64,000 nt of DNA, taken from NCBI RefSeq assembly GCF_018350175.1, contig NC_058368.1, forward strand, positions 220,040,001 through 220,104,000, read 5' to 3'. Shown in pieces: positions 1 through 12,971 of this stretch (within the stretch, counting starts at the first letter, position 1; each line of letters starts with the position of its first letter). The notes below the pieces were generated by a model. The model did no database searches, was not told the origin of the DNA, and saw only the letters and a list, made by a program, of their open reading frames with translations. The DNA comes from Felis catus. Taxonomy: Eukaryota. The translations under genes were made by a program, and so were the position numbers.

Positions 1-820
1 ACTAGATCATATGGTAGGTCTATTTTTAATTTTTCAGGAACCTCCACACTATTTTCCAGTGGCTATACCAAATACATTCCTGCCAACAATGTACAGGTAT
101 TCCCTTTTTTCTACATCCCTGCCAGCACTTGTTATTTCTTATGTTTTTGATAATAGTCCTCCTAATAAGTATGAGGTGATATCTTATAGTTTTGATTTGT
201 ATTTCTCTAAGGATTAGTAATGTTGAGCACCCTTTCATGTACCTTTTGGCCATGTATATGTCTTTTTTCAAGAAATATCTATTCAAGTCCTTGCCGACTT
301 TTTAATTGACTTATTTATTTTGCTTTTGAATTATATGAGTTTTTTACATATTTTGGATATTAACTCTTCATCAGCTATATGGTTTGCAAATACTTACTCT
401 TATTCCATAAGTTGCCTTTCACTCTGTCAATTATTTTCTTTGCTATGCAAAAGATTTTTAGTTTAATTCAGTTCACGTGTTTAGTTTTGCTTTTGTTGCC
501 CGTGCTTTTGATCCCGTATTAAAAATAATCATTGAAGGGTCAATGTCAAGGAGATTTTCCATGTGTTTCTTTTTTTGCAAAGAATGTTATGGTTTCAGGT
601 CCTATATTTAAGCCTTCATTTTGAGTGAATTTTTGTGAGTGGTGTAGATAGGGGCCAAATTACACTTTTTTTTTTTTTTGGCACGTGGGTATCCAGTCTT
701 CCCAACACTATTTATTGAAAAGACTGTCCTTTCTTGAGTGTGTGTTTGTGACACTAGTCTGTGACACAGATTAGTTGTCCATATTTGTGTGAATTTATTT
801 CTGGGTTTTCTATTTTATTT
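1..820 (-). mobile_element. L1 ORF2 3' region, degenerate, runs off left edge
   Basis: ORF 26..286(-) MNRYFLKKDIYMAKRYMKGCSTLLILREIQIKTIRYHL...NNKCWQGC...HCW matches the L1 ORF2 C-terminal region; typical antisense L1 text continues to ~820. Confidence 0.9.
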
Positions 821-1030
821 ATGGGTTGGAAGAATTAATATTGCTAAAGTGTCCATAATACCCAAAATGATCTACAAATTCCATGTAATCCCTCTCAAAA
901 ACACAATAGCATTTTTTTCACAGAAATAAAAAAAAATCCTAAAATTTGTATCCAAATTTGACACAAAAGACTGAAATAGCCAGAGCTATCTTGAGAAAGA
1001 ACAAAGCTTGCATTTCTGATTTCAATGCTC
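821..1030 (+). mobile_element. L1 ORF2 fragment inverted relative to 1-820
   Basis: atgggttggaagaattaatattgctaaagtgtccataatacccaaaatgatctacaaattc...gagaaagaacaaagc resembles WIGRINIVKMAILPKAIYRFNAIP...KKNKAG of ORF2. Confidence 0.85.
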
Positions 1031-1084
1031 AGGGTAAATTCTAAGTTTTGAAAGACAACGGACTGTCACAGAAAGTTTGGGAGA

Positions 1085-1322
1085 CTACAAAGTAAAAAAT
1101 ATATATATATTTGTATATAATATATACAATACATTGTATATGTATATATATGTATACAATGTATATAATACAATATATGTATACATGTATACATGTATAT
1201 AATACAATGTATATAATACAAATATAATTAAATATAATATATTATAATATATATCATGTATGAATATAATACACATACTATAATATATAAATATCTATAA
1301 TACATATTTATATATATTAATT
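1085..1322. repeat. TA-rich low-complexity / degenerate (TA)n
   Basis: tatatata/tataca/tgtata repeats. Confidence 0.9.
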
Positions 1323-2279
1323 ACTGTAAAAGTCACTTATCTCTATATTCTTCCTGTTTGGGATTGCTATTAGCTATCTAGTTACATTTAGGGTACACTC
1401 TATTGATCCTAGCTAAAGTCCGTATTATATTTCACTGTGGTAAATAATAGGGCTTGTTTGGGGCATTCACATTCACCTCACTCTGAACATATCCTGTAGT
1501 GATAGCATTATATCCAAGAGTCCAAGCAGCTACCTGCTAAACCCTACCACTGAGAGTATTAACGTATCTACTGACCAGTCCTTCAGTATAGGGGAAATAA
1601 TTACCTAAAATATATCCATGATCAGTTAAACCACTAGGCAACACATTAGCTTTGGTTTTGTAAAAAGATAATATAGTAAAAATATATCTTTCAAATAATG
1701 TGAATTTTCTTCATGGTCTAATATGATGTGTTTCCTAAACGATTTTGTTTGATGGCTTGCTCCTGGTTTCTCTTCCCTTTACTGCCACAGTCATTCCTGT
1801 CTTTTACTGAATACTGGATGGAGTCTCCCTGTCAAGTCCAGAAAAAAAGAACGTGCTAAATATCAGTATCTTCTAGTTTCAAATTCAAGTTACCATATAT
1901 GTATATTGTACTAGCAGTACAGGGAGCTCTGTCCAGGTCTGATTTCATGCCTACGTTTCCACATACTAAACAACCCAAATAAATAGAATGGAAACCCGCT
2001 TATAAAACATTTTAAATTTCATTTTTTCTTGCCGTGTGTTTTTTAACCTACATGGTTGAGACTTTACTTTTTAATTTCATATTATATAAATTTTTCCTTT
2101 CTTAACTAGTATGCCTGATGCATCAACTTGGTATTAGAGGATTTTTTTTCAAGGCTCCTTCCAACCGTCTTCCCAAGGGATGTAGCTGTATCTTGCTTCT
2201 CATTCACAGAACTAATAGAAAGAAATATTATTTGGTCTGCTGCATATTTCAACCATTACCTGAATTTCCTAATATTAAG

Positions 2280-2480
2280 TAATATTTAGTGAGAGCTTTC
2301 TAGTTTTCAGGCATCATTCTTATTATTTTAAGTGAACTATATAATTAAATTCACACAATAGCTCTATATCTTTGGCACTGTCTTTTCCCCAATTTTACAC
2401 AAGTACCTGAGGCACATAAAGTTAAATCACTTGCTAAATGTAATGAAGTTAATAGTCAGTGGATCCAGAGTTTGAAATAG
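2280..2480 (-). mobile_element. MIR SINE relic
   Basis: ttttacacaagtacctgaggcacataaagttaaatcacttgc resembles the antisense MIR core. Confidence 0.7.
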
Positions 2481-4432
2481 ATTTCACTATCATAAATAAT
2501 ATGTAATGGTGCCTCTTCCTATATTTAAACAAAAATATTTTTGGCACCAATTACCTCAAGATCTTAAAAAAAAAATTACACTTCTCAGGCTGTGGGCTGC
2601 TGTCTCCCCTCTATCACTTTAAATTGGGTAACTACTGAGTTTTAATTCATGTATTCTACATCATTTTTATGTTTGTGAATTTTTACCAAATAATTGAGAC
2701 ATATTTTTGATTTTTTTTTTCTAGTTTATCAAGCTAATTTTCTCTTAGCAAATTTTTCACATGGCGGTCATCAAGCCCTTTGATCAAGTCAGGATCATGC
2801 CACATGCACATAGCACAATCAGTTATACAAATATTAAAAGAATGCTAGATAAATATCACTCTTTGGATTTCTAATTTAATTAATGCAAAAGCTAGTGTTT
2901 TATCTTTATCAGTGCTATGGATAAGACCCTGAGAAACTATTATTGAAGCTCTTAAGGATGGAGATGGAGAGGTGGATAATAGAAATGTCAGAAAAGTTAT
3001 TTTTACGTTGCTAGACAATGATTTTACTCAATTTACCAAACATGCACCAAATGCTTACTCTATTTATCTGACACTGCTTCAGTGGGCAATCAGGGAGTAA
3101 TGACATCATCATATGGTGATAATCAAGGTGCCATTATACTTTGTTCCTGGGGGAGGAGCCAATTTACCACAAATTACATTTGCTAAAAGCTGATGATAAT
3201 ACTGCTTTGAATTGGTTTTCTACTTAACTTATAAGAAAGTCAAAAGGAATAGATATATAAACTTTTAGGGGTAAAAATTCATTTTCAGTTCAAATACTTT
3301 TCCTTATTAAAGTGTGCTGCATTTTCTTCTTACATGTTTTATTTTCAAGGGTTTGTAATGCCATTATGCAATTATTCCTCTAGTTATATATTCCCATCGT
3401 TATGGTCCAATATTTCGAAAGTAATACGACTGATGTTGTAAACAAACAGGACAAAGATGAACAATTAGATAATTTACGATTATGAAAAAATAATTATGTC
3501 GGTTATTTAACATGGGTATAAAGGATAGGGGGAAGAGAAGGAGGGTAAGAATGAGAGAAATGAGAACAAGGAGGAAACAAGCAGGAAATGTTCAAATTGT
3601 ACTAAAATAAAATAGGCATGTTTATTATGATCCCATTTATTTAATAAATTATTGATTATATGGATAAATTTTCTCTATGTATAAACATTTTGAAGTTTCA
3701 AATGTATTCAAAATTACAAGTAGCCACCTTATAGCTACATTTCCATAGAGCATTCCAGAGAAATGTAAAGATTACATTTTAAAAATAATAACAAAAAAAA
3801 AGGATATTGTAAAGAACATGGAAGAATAAAATATATAAATGTTGGCTCTGGCATCTCCACTGTCTTGCTGAATTTTATAATTGGCAGATTCTCTATAATC
3901 ATTTTTCAGAATATGAAATTTATATTTTTAAATCTTTACTAGATGTCTATCCCCTCCAGTAAGTCAGCTCATAGAAAATTAGTGTTAAGTGCATTTCACA
4001 CCTTTGGATAAATAAAGGAGTGATCAATATTGGATAATTTTGGTTGGTATGTGCCAATGCATTAGAGCCTTTTTGACAAAGAAGAAGGTTGTCATAGAAA
4101 TAGCTGCCTTCAGCCAAAACAGCAATAACAACAACCAGCAAAAAAAAAAAAAAAAAAAAAAAACACCTCCAACTGAACTCAAAGACAACAAATGAAAGCC
4201 CTTTTTGAGAAACATACTGATACATGCAGTATACGGTCAGCAGATGCCATTGGCAAACATACGCTCTCCTTAACTCTCAGCACTGGACGGATCTATGGAA
4301 TAACACATCAGAAATAGACATTGCTTAAAACGAAGTAATACCAGATTTTTAGACCGTGCATACATGTTCCTGATATAAGGAAGTGATGATCTTTGTACTG
4401 ATGAGGAGGGGGAAAAAAGAGAATCAAGAGTC

Positions 4433-4476
4433 TAAACAAAACAAAACAAAACAAAACAAAACAAAACAAAACAACA
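4433..4476. repeat. (AAAAC)n microsatellite
   Basis: direct reading. Confidence 0.95.
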
Positions 4477-4530
4477 AAAGAAACCAGGTATGGGAATAAC
4501 ATAATATTTCATAAACATGGTCAATGGAGT

Positions 4531-4610
4531 TCATCAAATATTAAAGGGGATAAAGTTTGAAAATTAAATGTCATCAAAAATTAAAGGCGATAAAGTTTGA
4601 AAATTAAATG
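4531..4610. repeat. 40-bp tandem duplication (2 mismatches)
   Basis: tcatcaaatattaaaggggataaagtttgaaaattaaatg / tcatcaaaaattaaaggcgataaagtttgaaaattaaatg. Confidence 0.95.
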
Positions 4611-4926
4611 TTTAAATTAAAATTAATTAAAAATTAAATGTCAGCTATATATAGTTCATTTTATATTATACTTTTTTTTAACTATCTTGATTCAAGAAAA
4701 TACTTGATTCAGGCATAAAATATGAAAATTGTTATTTAGATCATAGGTTGATATATCCTAATTACTATGGTCCACATTAAACAAAATAACATTTTTTTAA
4801 ATGTTTTTTTTTGGAGTTGCAGCATATACCAGCTTCATGTATAACTTTTTTTTTCCTAAAAAACTATTATGAGTAAACATTGATTAGTGCAATTTGAGTA
4901 TTTAACATAGAAAATGAGAAGATGGA

Positions 4927-5371
4927 CTTTTTTATTGTAGTGTAGTTGACATACAATATTTTACTAGTTTCTGGTGTATAATACTGATTCACTGTTTATA
5001 TGCATTAGGCAAGTAACACCAGGATAAATCTAGATACCTTCTGTCCCAAAGTGGTTGCATATTATTAAGTATATTCCCTATGTTGTACTTTGTATCCTCA
5101 TGTCCAATTCCTACTTTTTTCCATATTTCACTGATCCCTCCACTCCCCTCCCCTCTGGCAACCACCAGATGGTTCTATGAGTCTGTTTCTGTTTTGTCTT
5201 GTTTGTTCCTTTGCTTAGTTTTTAGTTGTTTAGTTTTTCACTTATATGTGAAATTGTACAGTATTTGTCTTTTTCTGTCTGACTTATTTCACTTAATATA
5301 ATATTCTCTTGGGTCATCTTGTTAAAAATGGCAAGATTCCTTTCCTCTTTATGGCTAAGTAATATTCTACG

Positions 5372-5412
<41 letters not shown>

Positions 5413-5595
5413 ATCTTCTTTATCCATTCCTCTATTGTTGGACAATTCAGTTGTTTCCATATCGTGACTATTGTAAATAGTGCTGCAATGAACATAAGGA
5501 TCCATGTAACTTTTCAAATTAGTGTTTTTTGTTTGTTTGTTTGTTATTCTTTGAGGGTTTTTTTGTTTTCTTTTGTTTTGTTTTTTGTTTTTTTG

Positions 5596-5626
<31 letters not shown>

Positions 5627-5770
5627 TTTTTTTTGGTTTTTGTTTGATAAATACCCAGGAATGGAATTGCTGGATTGTACAGTGGTTCTATTTTTAATTT
5701 TTATGAGAAACCTCCATACCGTAATCTATAGTGACTGGAACATTTTGCATCCCCATCAGCAGACCAACAG
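4927..5770 (-). mobile_element. 5'-truncated L1 3' end (carnivore-age), with internal (TA)n and T/GT runs
   Basis: ttttattgtagtgtagttgacatacaatattttactagtttctggtgta 3' UTR; ORF 5314..5517(-) resembles an L1 3' end; (TA)n 5374-5409. Confidence 0.9.
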
Positions 5771-6240
5771 TGCAGGAGAGCAGAAAATAGATCTTATTGT
5801 TGACATATCTGTCATGAAAGTCTCATAAGCTATATTTAATACTACTTTTCTCATACATAAGATGTCCTCAAATACTTATTTCCTCCAATCCACAAGTTTA
5901 TCCAGTATGTGTAAGGATAATCCTAAATGGCCATTGACACATTTTTGACTGCTTTAATATATATTATTATTATTTTTTTTAATGACAGGAAAAATTCGCA
6001 AAAGTGAGATTCACTTTCTCATCAAGAATAAAATATACCAAAGTTTTTTATATTGCCATCACATCAAACTATTTTAAATTTCTCAAGGACTCATCTATGT
6101 ATTTTATAACACATCATATACATGCATATGGATATTTACTAATCAAGCTGACTCATGCCATAGCGGCATTTATTTACTTAATATTAAATCCTTTAATCTT
6201 TAATATCAACAAATCTCATAGCATATTTTGTCTTAAATCA

Positions 6241-6371
6241 TGAGGCAGCTTCCTTTAGCTGAGGACAATTGCTAGAAAGAACTCAGAGGTGCTCATCAGC
6301 AACTCACAGCTGGTGGAATGAGTGCCTTGTCTTGAAAGAGCATCTGAGTAATCCACCAAAGCTTTCACTAC
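6241..6371 (-). mobile_element. ERVL LTR16-like 3' LTR (partial)
   Basis: ggaatgagtgccttgtcttgaaagagcatctg...cactaca, followed by gtccac (the PPT-side gtggac|tgtag junction on the - strand). Confidence 0.65.
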
Positions 6372-7929
6372 AGTCCACTCTTAGCACTTCTTTGATGCCC
6401 TGGCTTCAGAGAATCAGTTCATCCCATCTGTGAATCATTCCTTCGGTAATATGGGTGGTCTGTTATTCTGGGGAAACTTATTAAATGAAAGGTTAAAAAA
6501 AAAAAAACAACAACAACTCTAGCCCCTACAGTGAGGGTTGTCTTAAGCCTCAACTAATACAAGAGCCTCATTGTCTCCTTCTTCCACTATCCCTTCTGGA
6601 TCCCCTCAGTTTCAGTTAGAACCTCTACTGACCTACATGACGTATTTGACAGAAGGACACAGACTCCCAATCCAGTAGAGTCTGCTCTCCTGATCACCAT
6701 GTCCTTCTTGCCTGAGACTGCCAAAATAGGATAAGGGAGTATCAAGAGACATCCTAATGGGCCAATTTGTGTCAAACATATTCTCCTCTCCCCTCTTTGT
6801 GTAAAGCACCCCTCCCTCCTTCTGTTGATCAGGATCTATTCATGCGAAAATGTTTCCTTTTCTGAGACTTTTGATATACTTTTCCAGTATCAGTCATGGC
6901 ACTCTGGCATATAGCCATCACTTACTATGGCCATCTCATTTCCAAGCTTTCAAGATCCACTGTGACAGTGTTTTGCTGTCATCTCTCACAATCATTCTGA
7001 TGGTGTTAAATTCCAGATCATAGCATCAGATCTTTCTTATACAATATTATACTTTGTCCCCATAAGATCCATCCTATACATCCTCTATTGGATCTTCCTG
7101 ATAAATATTTGTTAGATCTTGAAGAATCTTAACAAAGCAAGGGCTTCTGTGAAGGGTTATAATATGACATAATCCTTAGTTAAGAGTCTCACGGTCTGAA
7201 GAGGAGGTGAGAGGAGATTCTGAAGGCACTGCACATTTCCTTTCAAGGCAGAAGCCTCTTTATTGTTTTCAAGATAGGGATTAAGGCTAGACTTTAACCA
7301 AGAGGAGGGAGATATGTCTGTAGTTCCATAGGGTTCTCAGCAATCTAGAGATTTCAGATTTTTCAAGTTACTGAGCCCAGATGTCTCTATTTCAAGTATG
7401 AAGTTCTCACTCCTTTCAAATCTGGGGCCCATCTTTGGTACAGAAGACTTACTAATGTTGAGAATTTATCTTGAGCTTCACTAGCTTTATAATTAAACAC
7501 TGGATCTGATCTTAAGTACTTTTCTTGCTCTGACTGTAGAAGATGAAAATCTTTTAACATGTGGCCAAAGAGAATGGTTGTCTTCATACTTTTCTTTAAA
7601 TTGGTAATTAATTACCCATAGCTTTTCTTCTTTTTGCAATGCATTGACACACATAAGTATCATTCAATACCATAATCCTTACAGTTACTATTACATGAAC
7701 ATATCAAATTCTGGAAACATTGCCCCTCTCAGGGAACGTTCTTACATTATGCTATACTAATTCACCATCAGTGAAATTTTTAACAACTACACTTATACAA
7801 ACTTTCAGAAATTATGAAGATTCCATTTTCCAAGAGCCAGTGATGGAATATTCCCTTGTCAGCCAGGTAATTATCAGATTTAGCAACTTATTTTAGAATC
7901 TCCTTACTATGAAAACTGATGGTACCAAT
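6372..7929 (-). mobile_element. ERVL internal region (LTR16-associated), heavily deleted and decayed
   Basis: lies between two LTR16-like LTRs; PBS-like tggtacca on - strand at ~7921-7928; homologous to 63360-63600. Confidence 0.6.
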
Positions 7930-8314
7930 TGCATTTGGTCAAGTTCCCTAGGAAACAGAATCTATGATTGTGATTTTTATGGAGATGGCTTAAAATAGTA
8001 ACTGAAGTCAGGACTGAAAAAATTAGGACTGAGCAAGGAAGAAGTTGAACTTCAGTGAAGTCTGGCAGTGTCCTCAGCAGATTCCACAGGACTGGGATGG
8101 CTCTGGTGCTTTACACTGCCATCACAAGCAGATATGGATGAGGGCTTCTTGCTAGGAGGAAGTATAACCCATCATACAGCTCTCTACAGCTGAAGGCAAT
8201 GCCCAGAAAGAAAAGCAACTGTTATCCATCAGTATCCAGTGTTCAGGGCAGCTGGGCAGATGATTGTCACAGAGTACCACAGTGCTGAAGGAAGAATCTG
8301 CAAAAGCACCATAT
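7930..8314 (-). mobile_element. ERVL LTR16-like 5' LTR
   Basis: ttccctaggaaacagaatct...gaagttgaacttcagtg...ggcaatgcccagaaag...cagctgg...atctgcaaaagcacca resembles antisense LTR16. Confidence 0.65.
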
Positions 8315-8873
8315 TGATGCAGGCAGGCTGGGACCAAGGACCCAGAGGAGGTTCCGCAGGACCAGCCAAGAAGGTCTCTGGCTTATGCTGGTTGGAAATC
8401 AAATGCCAACTGAGATGAAGTGAGAGCAGAGTGTATTGAAGACACAGAGAGTATAGAACCAGACAGAGCATCTGGGAGACTGGAAAAGAAAAGTGAGTCT
8501 CCTGTTCACACGGGGCCTGGGGTTTTTATTGAGAGTGGTGTCTGCGCGTGTGTTTTCTCAATAATCCAGGAACAAGGATGGGTATGGAGGTCTTCTCCAT
8601 AAGTCACGTATGCCCTGGAGCCAGGTGTCTTGATGAGTCATTGGTTTTGGAAAACACTAATGATGACTCCACTCAGTCACCCCTTAGATGTTACCTATTG
8701 TGCTGGAAGACTTCAAAGAAATCATTAAATCCTTGGCCTTTACAAGAAGGATATACATTATCTGTTCTGTAAATTGTGTGTAAGATGGGAATACAGGTTC
8801 CAACAAAAATAGAAGCAGGAAAAGTCATGAGAAAAGCAGTTTTCCGTGGGGTCCCCTTAGTTTTCCTGTCTCA
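8315..8873 (-). mobile_element. ERV1-type solo LTR (carnivore), 559 bp
   Basis: TG...CA termini; - strand begins tgagacaggaaaactaaggggacccc; AATAAA on - strand (tttatt ~8525); 4-bp TSD atat/gtat. Confidence 0.75.
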
Positions 8874-9231
8874 GTATCACTCGGGAAAACATTATTGAGC
8901 AAATTACATCTCTCTGAGACCTAATGTAACAATAAAAATCCCTTTGTTAATGACTTCGGAATTTGAATATTTGTGCTGTTGCGGAGTTTAACAGCCAATT
9001 TGGAATTCTACTTATTGTTTCACTTATAGGCCTGCTGCTCAGGATATTCTAAAATTTGATGAGGTAAGGAGTGGTAAAACACTTTAAAATATTGGAATGA
9101 GCAAGAATATAAGAACACATTAAAAACTTCAAGTTTATACAAAAATTACATATTAAGCATGTTATAAATAATTAAGCACGGTTAACAAATCTATTTGTGT
9201 ACTTTAGAATCTGTGCTTCCACTGTAAATAT

Positions 9232-9671
9232 TGTCAAAAATCAAAATTCAACCAGTAACTTTGAAGCTCTAATTGGTTTTATTACACAATTCATGAATAG
9301 GACAGCATTTTACTGCCAAGTAAAGGGGAGCTCCTAGGAGTTGCAGAAATGGGAGGTTTTTATAGGAAGGAGGGTAGTACAAGAAGTTATCATCAAAAGA
9401 AAAAAAAAAAGAAGAATTGTTTCAGGCAAGGTCACCTTTCCTTAGGGGGAGGGGCAGGACGTCTTACCATGCAGATGATCTCATTTTCCTTTGGTTGTGT
9501 AGGGGAGGAGGGAGAAAGATGGGAGGACCCATGTGACAAATTACCAATTCTGATCAGAATTCTGGATTGATAGGTTTAAAAGTCCACTAAGGAGAGGTAG
9601 AAACCGAAATCTTGGCTTGATGTCCTGGGGGCAAGTGACTCTACTTTGGGCCTGTGGCTTTCTTTTTAACA
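9232..9671 (-). mobile_element. ERV1-type solo LTR (MER4/MER34-group-like)
   Basis: TG...CA termini; - strand begins tgttaaaaagaaagccacaggcccaaagtagagtcac; tttatt and ttttata boxes; TSD atat/atag. Confidence 0.75.
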
Positions 9672-9879
9672 ATAGAAACAGAGGTATTTAGGAATCGTGG
9701 GTTAATTAGAGCCTCTTTTGAAAAATCTGGTTTAATTATTTGTAGCTATTTCTTTCCAATGTAATGAGAGGCAGGGAAGGACACTGGATTTATAATTTGA
9801 TTTTTGTTCTGTTTTTATCTAACTTTTAAGCTAAGGTTTTTGAAATTTCTAAGCTTGAAGTTCAGATCTGTAAATAGTA

Positions 9880-9980
9880 AAACATGTCAATTCAACACCT
9901 AACACTGTGCCAGGAACTCAGCTGTCCTCAATTAGTATTCGTTGAATGAATACATGAATCATTAATGCATTCATTCATTG
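9880..9980 (+). mobile_element. L2 3' end relic
   Basis: cacctaacactgtgccagga...ctcaattagtattcgttgaatgaat. Confidence 0.6.
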
Positions 9981-10102
9981 TATTATCAGAATGAGAAAAT
10001 AACTATGAACTTTGTAGATTTTTTTGGCTGTTCTATTTTAACATATTATTGCTTACTTTTCCTTCTATAATTGTTATCCCAGAGAATTAGAAAAGGAAAA
10101 AA

Positions 10103-10164
10103 AAATATTAGTGGATATGAAACAAATATGAACAAATATTAGTGGATATGAAACAAATATGAAC
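10103..10164. repeat. perfect 31-bp tandem duplication
   Basis: aaatattagtggatatgaaacaaatatgaac x2. Confidence 0.95.
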
Positions 10165-11101
10165 AAATTAGTTCAAATTTTGAACTAATTAGTGATTACT
10201 GTAAATGCTTTCATTGGACGAATAAGGTAAGAAATAAATACTCATTGAGGTTTGGGTACTAGTTATTACCCAACTATTAACTAGTTATCTGTTAATCTTA
10301 TTTATTTTAGGCACACAATTAGCCTAAGTAATAAAGATTTGCTTTAGCTAAATTACATATGTTTCAATGTGATAGAACATTTGAAATAATTCAGTACAAA
10401 TCTAAACTTTGACAGTGGAGGAAAATGTAATGTAGAAACATTTCAAGTGAGTTAATTTAGAACCACAAGATTGTTAGTCCTTCATTAGGAGTCCTAATTT
10501 CCCTCCTATTTATTACTGCACAGTTGGGAATCTTATAGAAGTTGAGGGGTAAATTCTCTATTTTTTTCATTTTATATTCCTCATAGTCCTTTTTACCTTA
10601 AAACATGTTTATATGTTTAGAGGTCATAGCTTTCTTTGGGTGAAAGTGTCCCTGCCATAGAATGCTGCAATGATTCATTTTCCCCTTTCAATGTAGTGAT
10701 AGTTTAACTCATGAAAGTCAACTAGCTAGATTGGACATTTAATCAAGTGTGAAAAAAAAAAAAAAAAAACCCAGTTTCCTAATTAATCTGTTCATAGTTT
10801 TGATTATTTAACATCTGGATTTATTTTTATTGTCTAACTTAGTGGTCTTTAATTGTTGTGTTTCTTCCCCTCATCTGTTAGATTGATTACTTTTTCTTGA
10901 AACTGTGTTCTTTTGTTGTGCTAGTTGGAAGTACCCATTCTATTTCTCCACAATACACTTCATTCATCTCCATTTCTTTAGAACTTATGTTATATTGATA
11001 TGTTTTATAATTTTTTTGTATTAGAAAATTAGTTTTTACATTACCCATACCTATCAAATTTACTCTTCACCATAGCTTCTTGCTTTTTACTTTAAAAAAA
11101 A

Positions 11102-11300
11102 AATTGTTTATTTATGAGAGAGAGGGAGAGACAGAGTGTGAGCAAGGGAGGGGCAGAGAGAGGGAGACACAGAATTCGAAGCAGGCTCCAAGTTCTGACC
11201 TGTCAGCACAGAGCCCTACGTGGGGCTTGAACTCACAAACCACAAGATCATGACCTGAGCCAAAGTCAGACACCCAACTGACTGAGCCACCCTGGTGTCC
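11102..11300 (-). mobile_element. Can-SINE (felid SINEC)
   Basis: tttatttatgagagagag...gaagcaggctcc...gagatc-type core...gagccaccctggtgtcc. Confidence 0.95.
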
Positions 11301-12971
11301 ACCCCCCCTTTTTTTAAATGTATTTAAGTTCTACCTTCATGAAGAACATCTTAAAAATATTTTTTTCAGGAAAAAGTTGCAAACAGTAAATTCACCTCAT
11401 GTGTTTTGTACTTGTTATTGCTGTTGCTGTTTTAAAAATACTGTCTTTATTTTCTTCCGCAGCTCTTCTGTGATTCCTATGAGCCACACAGCTAGGACTT
11501 CATATCCCTGTCCCTGGTTTCTTACAGGTCCTCCATATTCCCTGGCTTTTCCTCTCTCTGTGCTGCATTCTGTGCATTTCTAGTCATGGTGGGTTGTGTT
11601 CTCCTAAGGTCTTAATAACACATTTAATTTTTGCTCACATTCGGTGGGCTTTCCTGTGAAAATCTCTTCTAATATGAGGATGTGGAGAATCACTAATCAA
11701 AAATAAATTTTATATTTAAAAAATTATTTGTTGGGGGCGGGGGGGGAGTAGATGTTTTCACACAATGTGAACCATGTAAATTCAAACCCCCAAACAATAT
11801 GAGGTCCAGTGTTTTTCAATGATTTGGAGACCAGCACCTAGGGAGAGAAGGATGATAGATGATTGCCCTAACTTACCCCTGTGATAGTAAAAATAGTTTT
11901 TGTGTGTGTGTGTGTATGTTTTTTTTTTGTTTGTTTCTTTTTGTTTTTGGTTTTGGATTTTTTTTTTCTTTTCATTTAGCAAGTCAATAGAGATATAGCT
12001 CAAGAGGGAATGTTTAAAGATTAACCTGATCAATTTTGCAATTATTGTTAAATTGATATTAATATACCCTTAGATAAAGCTAATAAAAAAATTTAGAAAT
12101 TTATTTACCCTGTATACATTCATACCACTATAATACTATACTTTAAATTAAGTATTTTTTTTGAAAATTGAAAAGAATATAAAATTACTCTGTATAATTA
12201 ATTTACAAAACAAGTTTTCTTATTATCCTAGAGATTAAGCTATGGGCTGTTTTTTATTATAAGAATTTACTGACCATTTACACTTTGTAGAACTATATCC
12301 TTATTGAGCTTGCAGTGATAACTTTTCCAAAATGTTTTTTTTTATTTTATTTTATGGAGAAATAAAATTTCTTGAATCGACTTCAGGTTACAATGATTTC
12401 TGTGAGTGTTACCGCACTGTTTGAACACACTAAAGAATTACTGAACACTGAGAGTGGTTGTGGGTTCAGTCCAAATACTAATAATTTTTGTAGAATTGAT
12501 ATATTGAAAAATTACTATGTTTTAGGAACCCTGTATTGCACTGAAGATACAGGTGTGAGGAACCCAAAGCCAGCCCTTGAACTCATAACATATTTCAAGT
12601 ATAGGTTTTTGGTTTGTGTTTGATTTTAACGTAGTATGAACACCATTTCTCCAAAATCACAATGAGGATACTACTGTGTCTCAAATAATATGTGTAACTC
12701 CATCAGAAGGAACGTATTCTTGCAAAAGTTCTGATCTACAAGTTACAGAGAAACTGCCCAAGATTGGTAAGTTTTCTCTGACTAATACAATAAGACTGCT
12801 ACTTGAGACAATGTAATATAAAATATTACAAAGAAATATAAAGAAAACTGAAATTTTACAAGTTTGCCTCTCTGATCCTTCTTTATAGGGCTTGAAGAAG
12901 GGTACTGATTTTGTGTTCATATACTGTCTATATTTATTTTTGGTACTGTGATAGAGAGGAAGAGAGGATGA

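Noticed and set aside
4531..10164. Short direct repeats as a CRISPR-like array
   Set aside because: Two-copy adjacent duplications without spacers, in mammalian DNA
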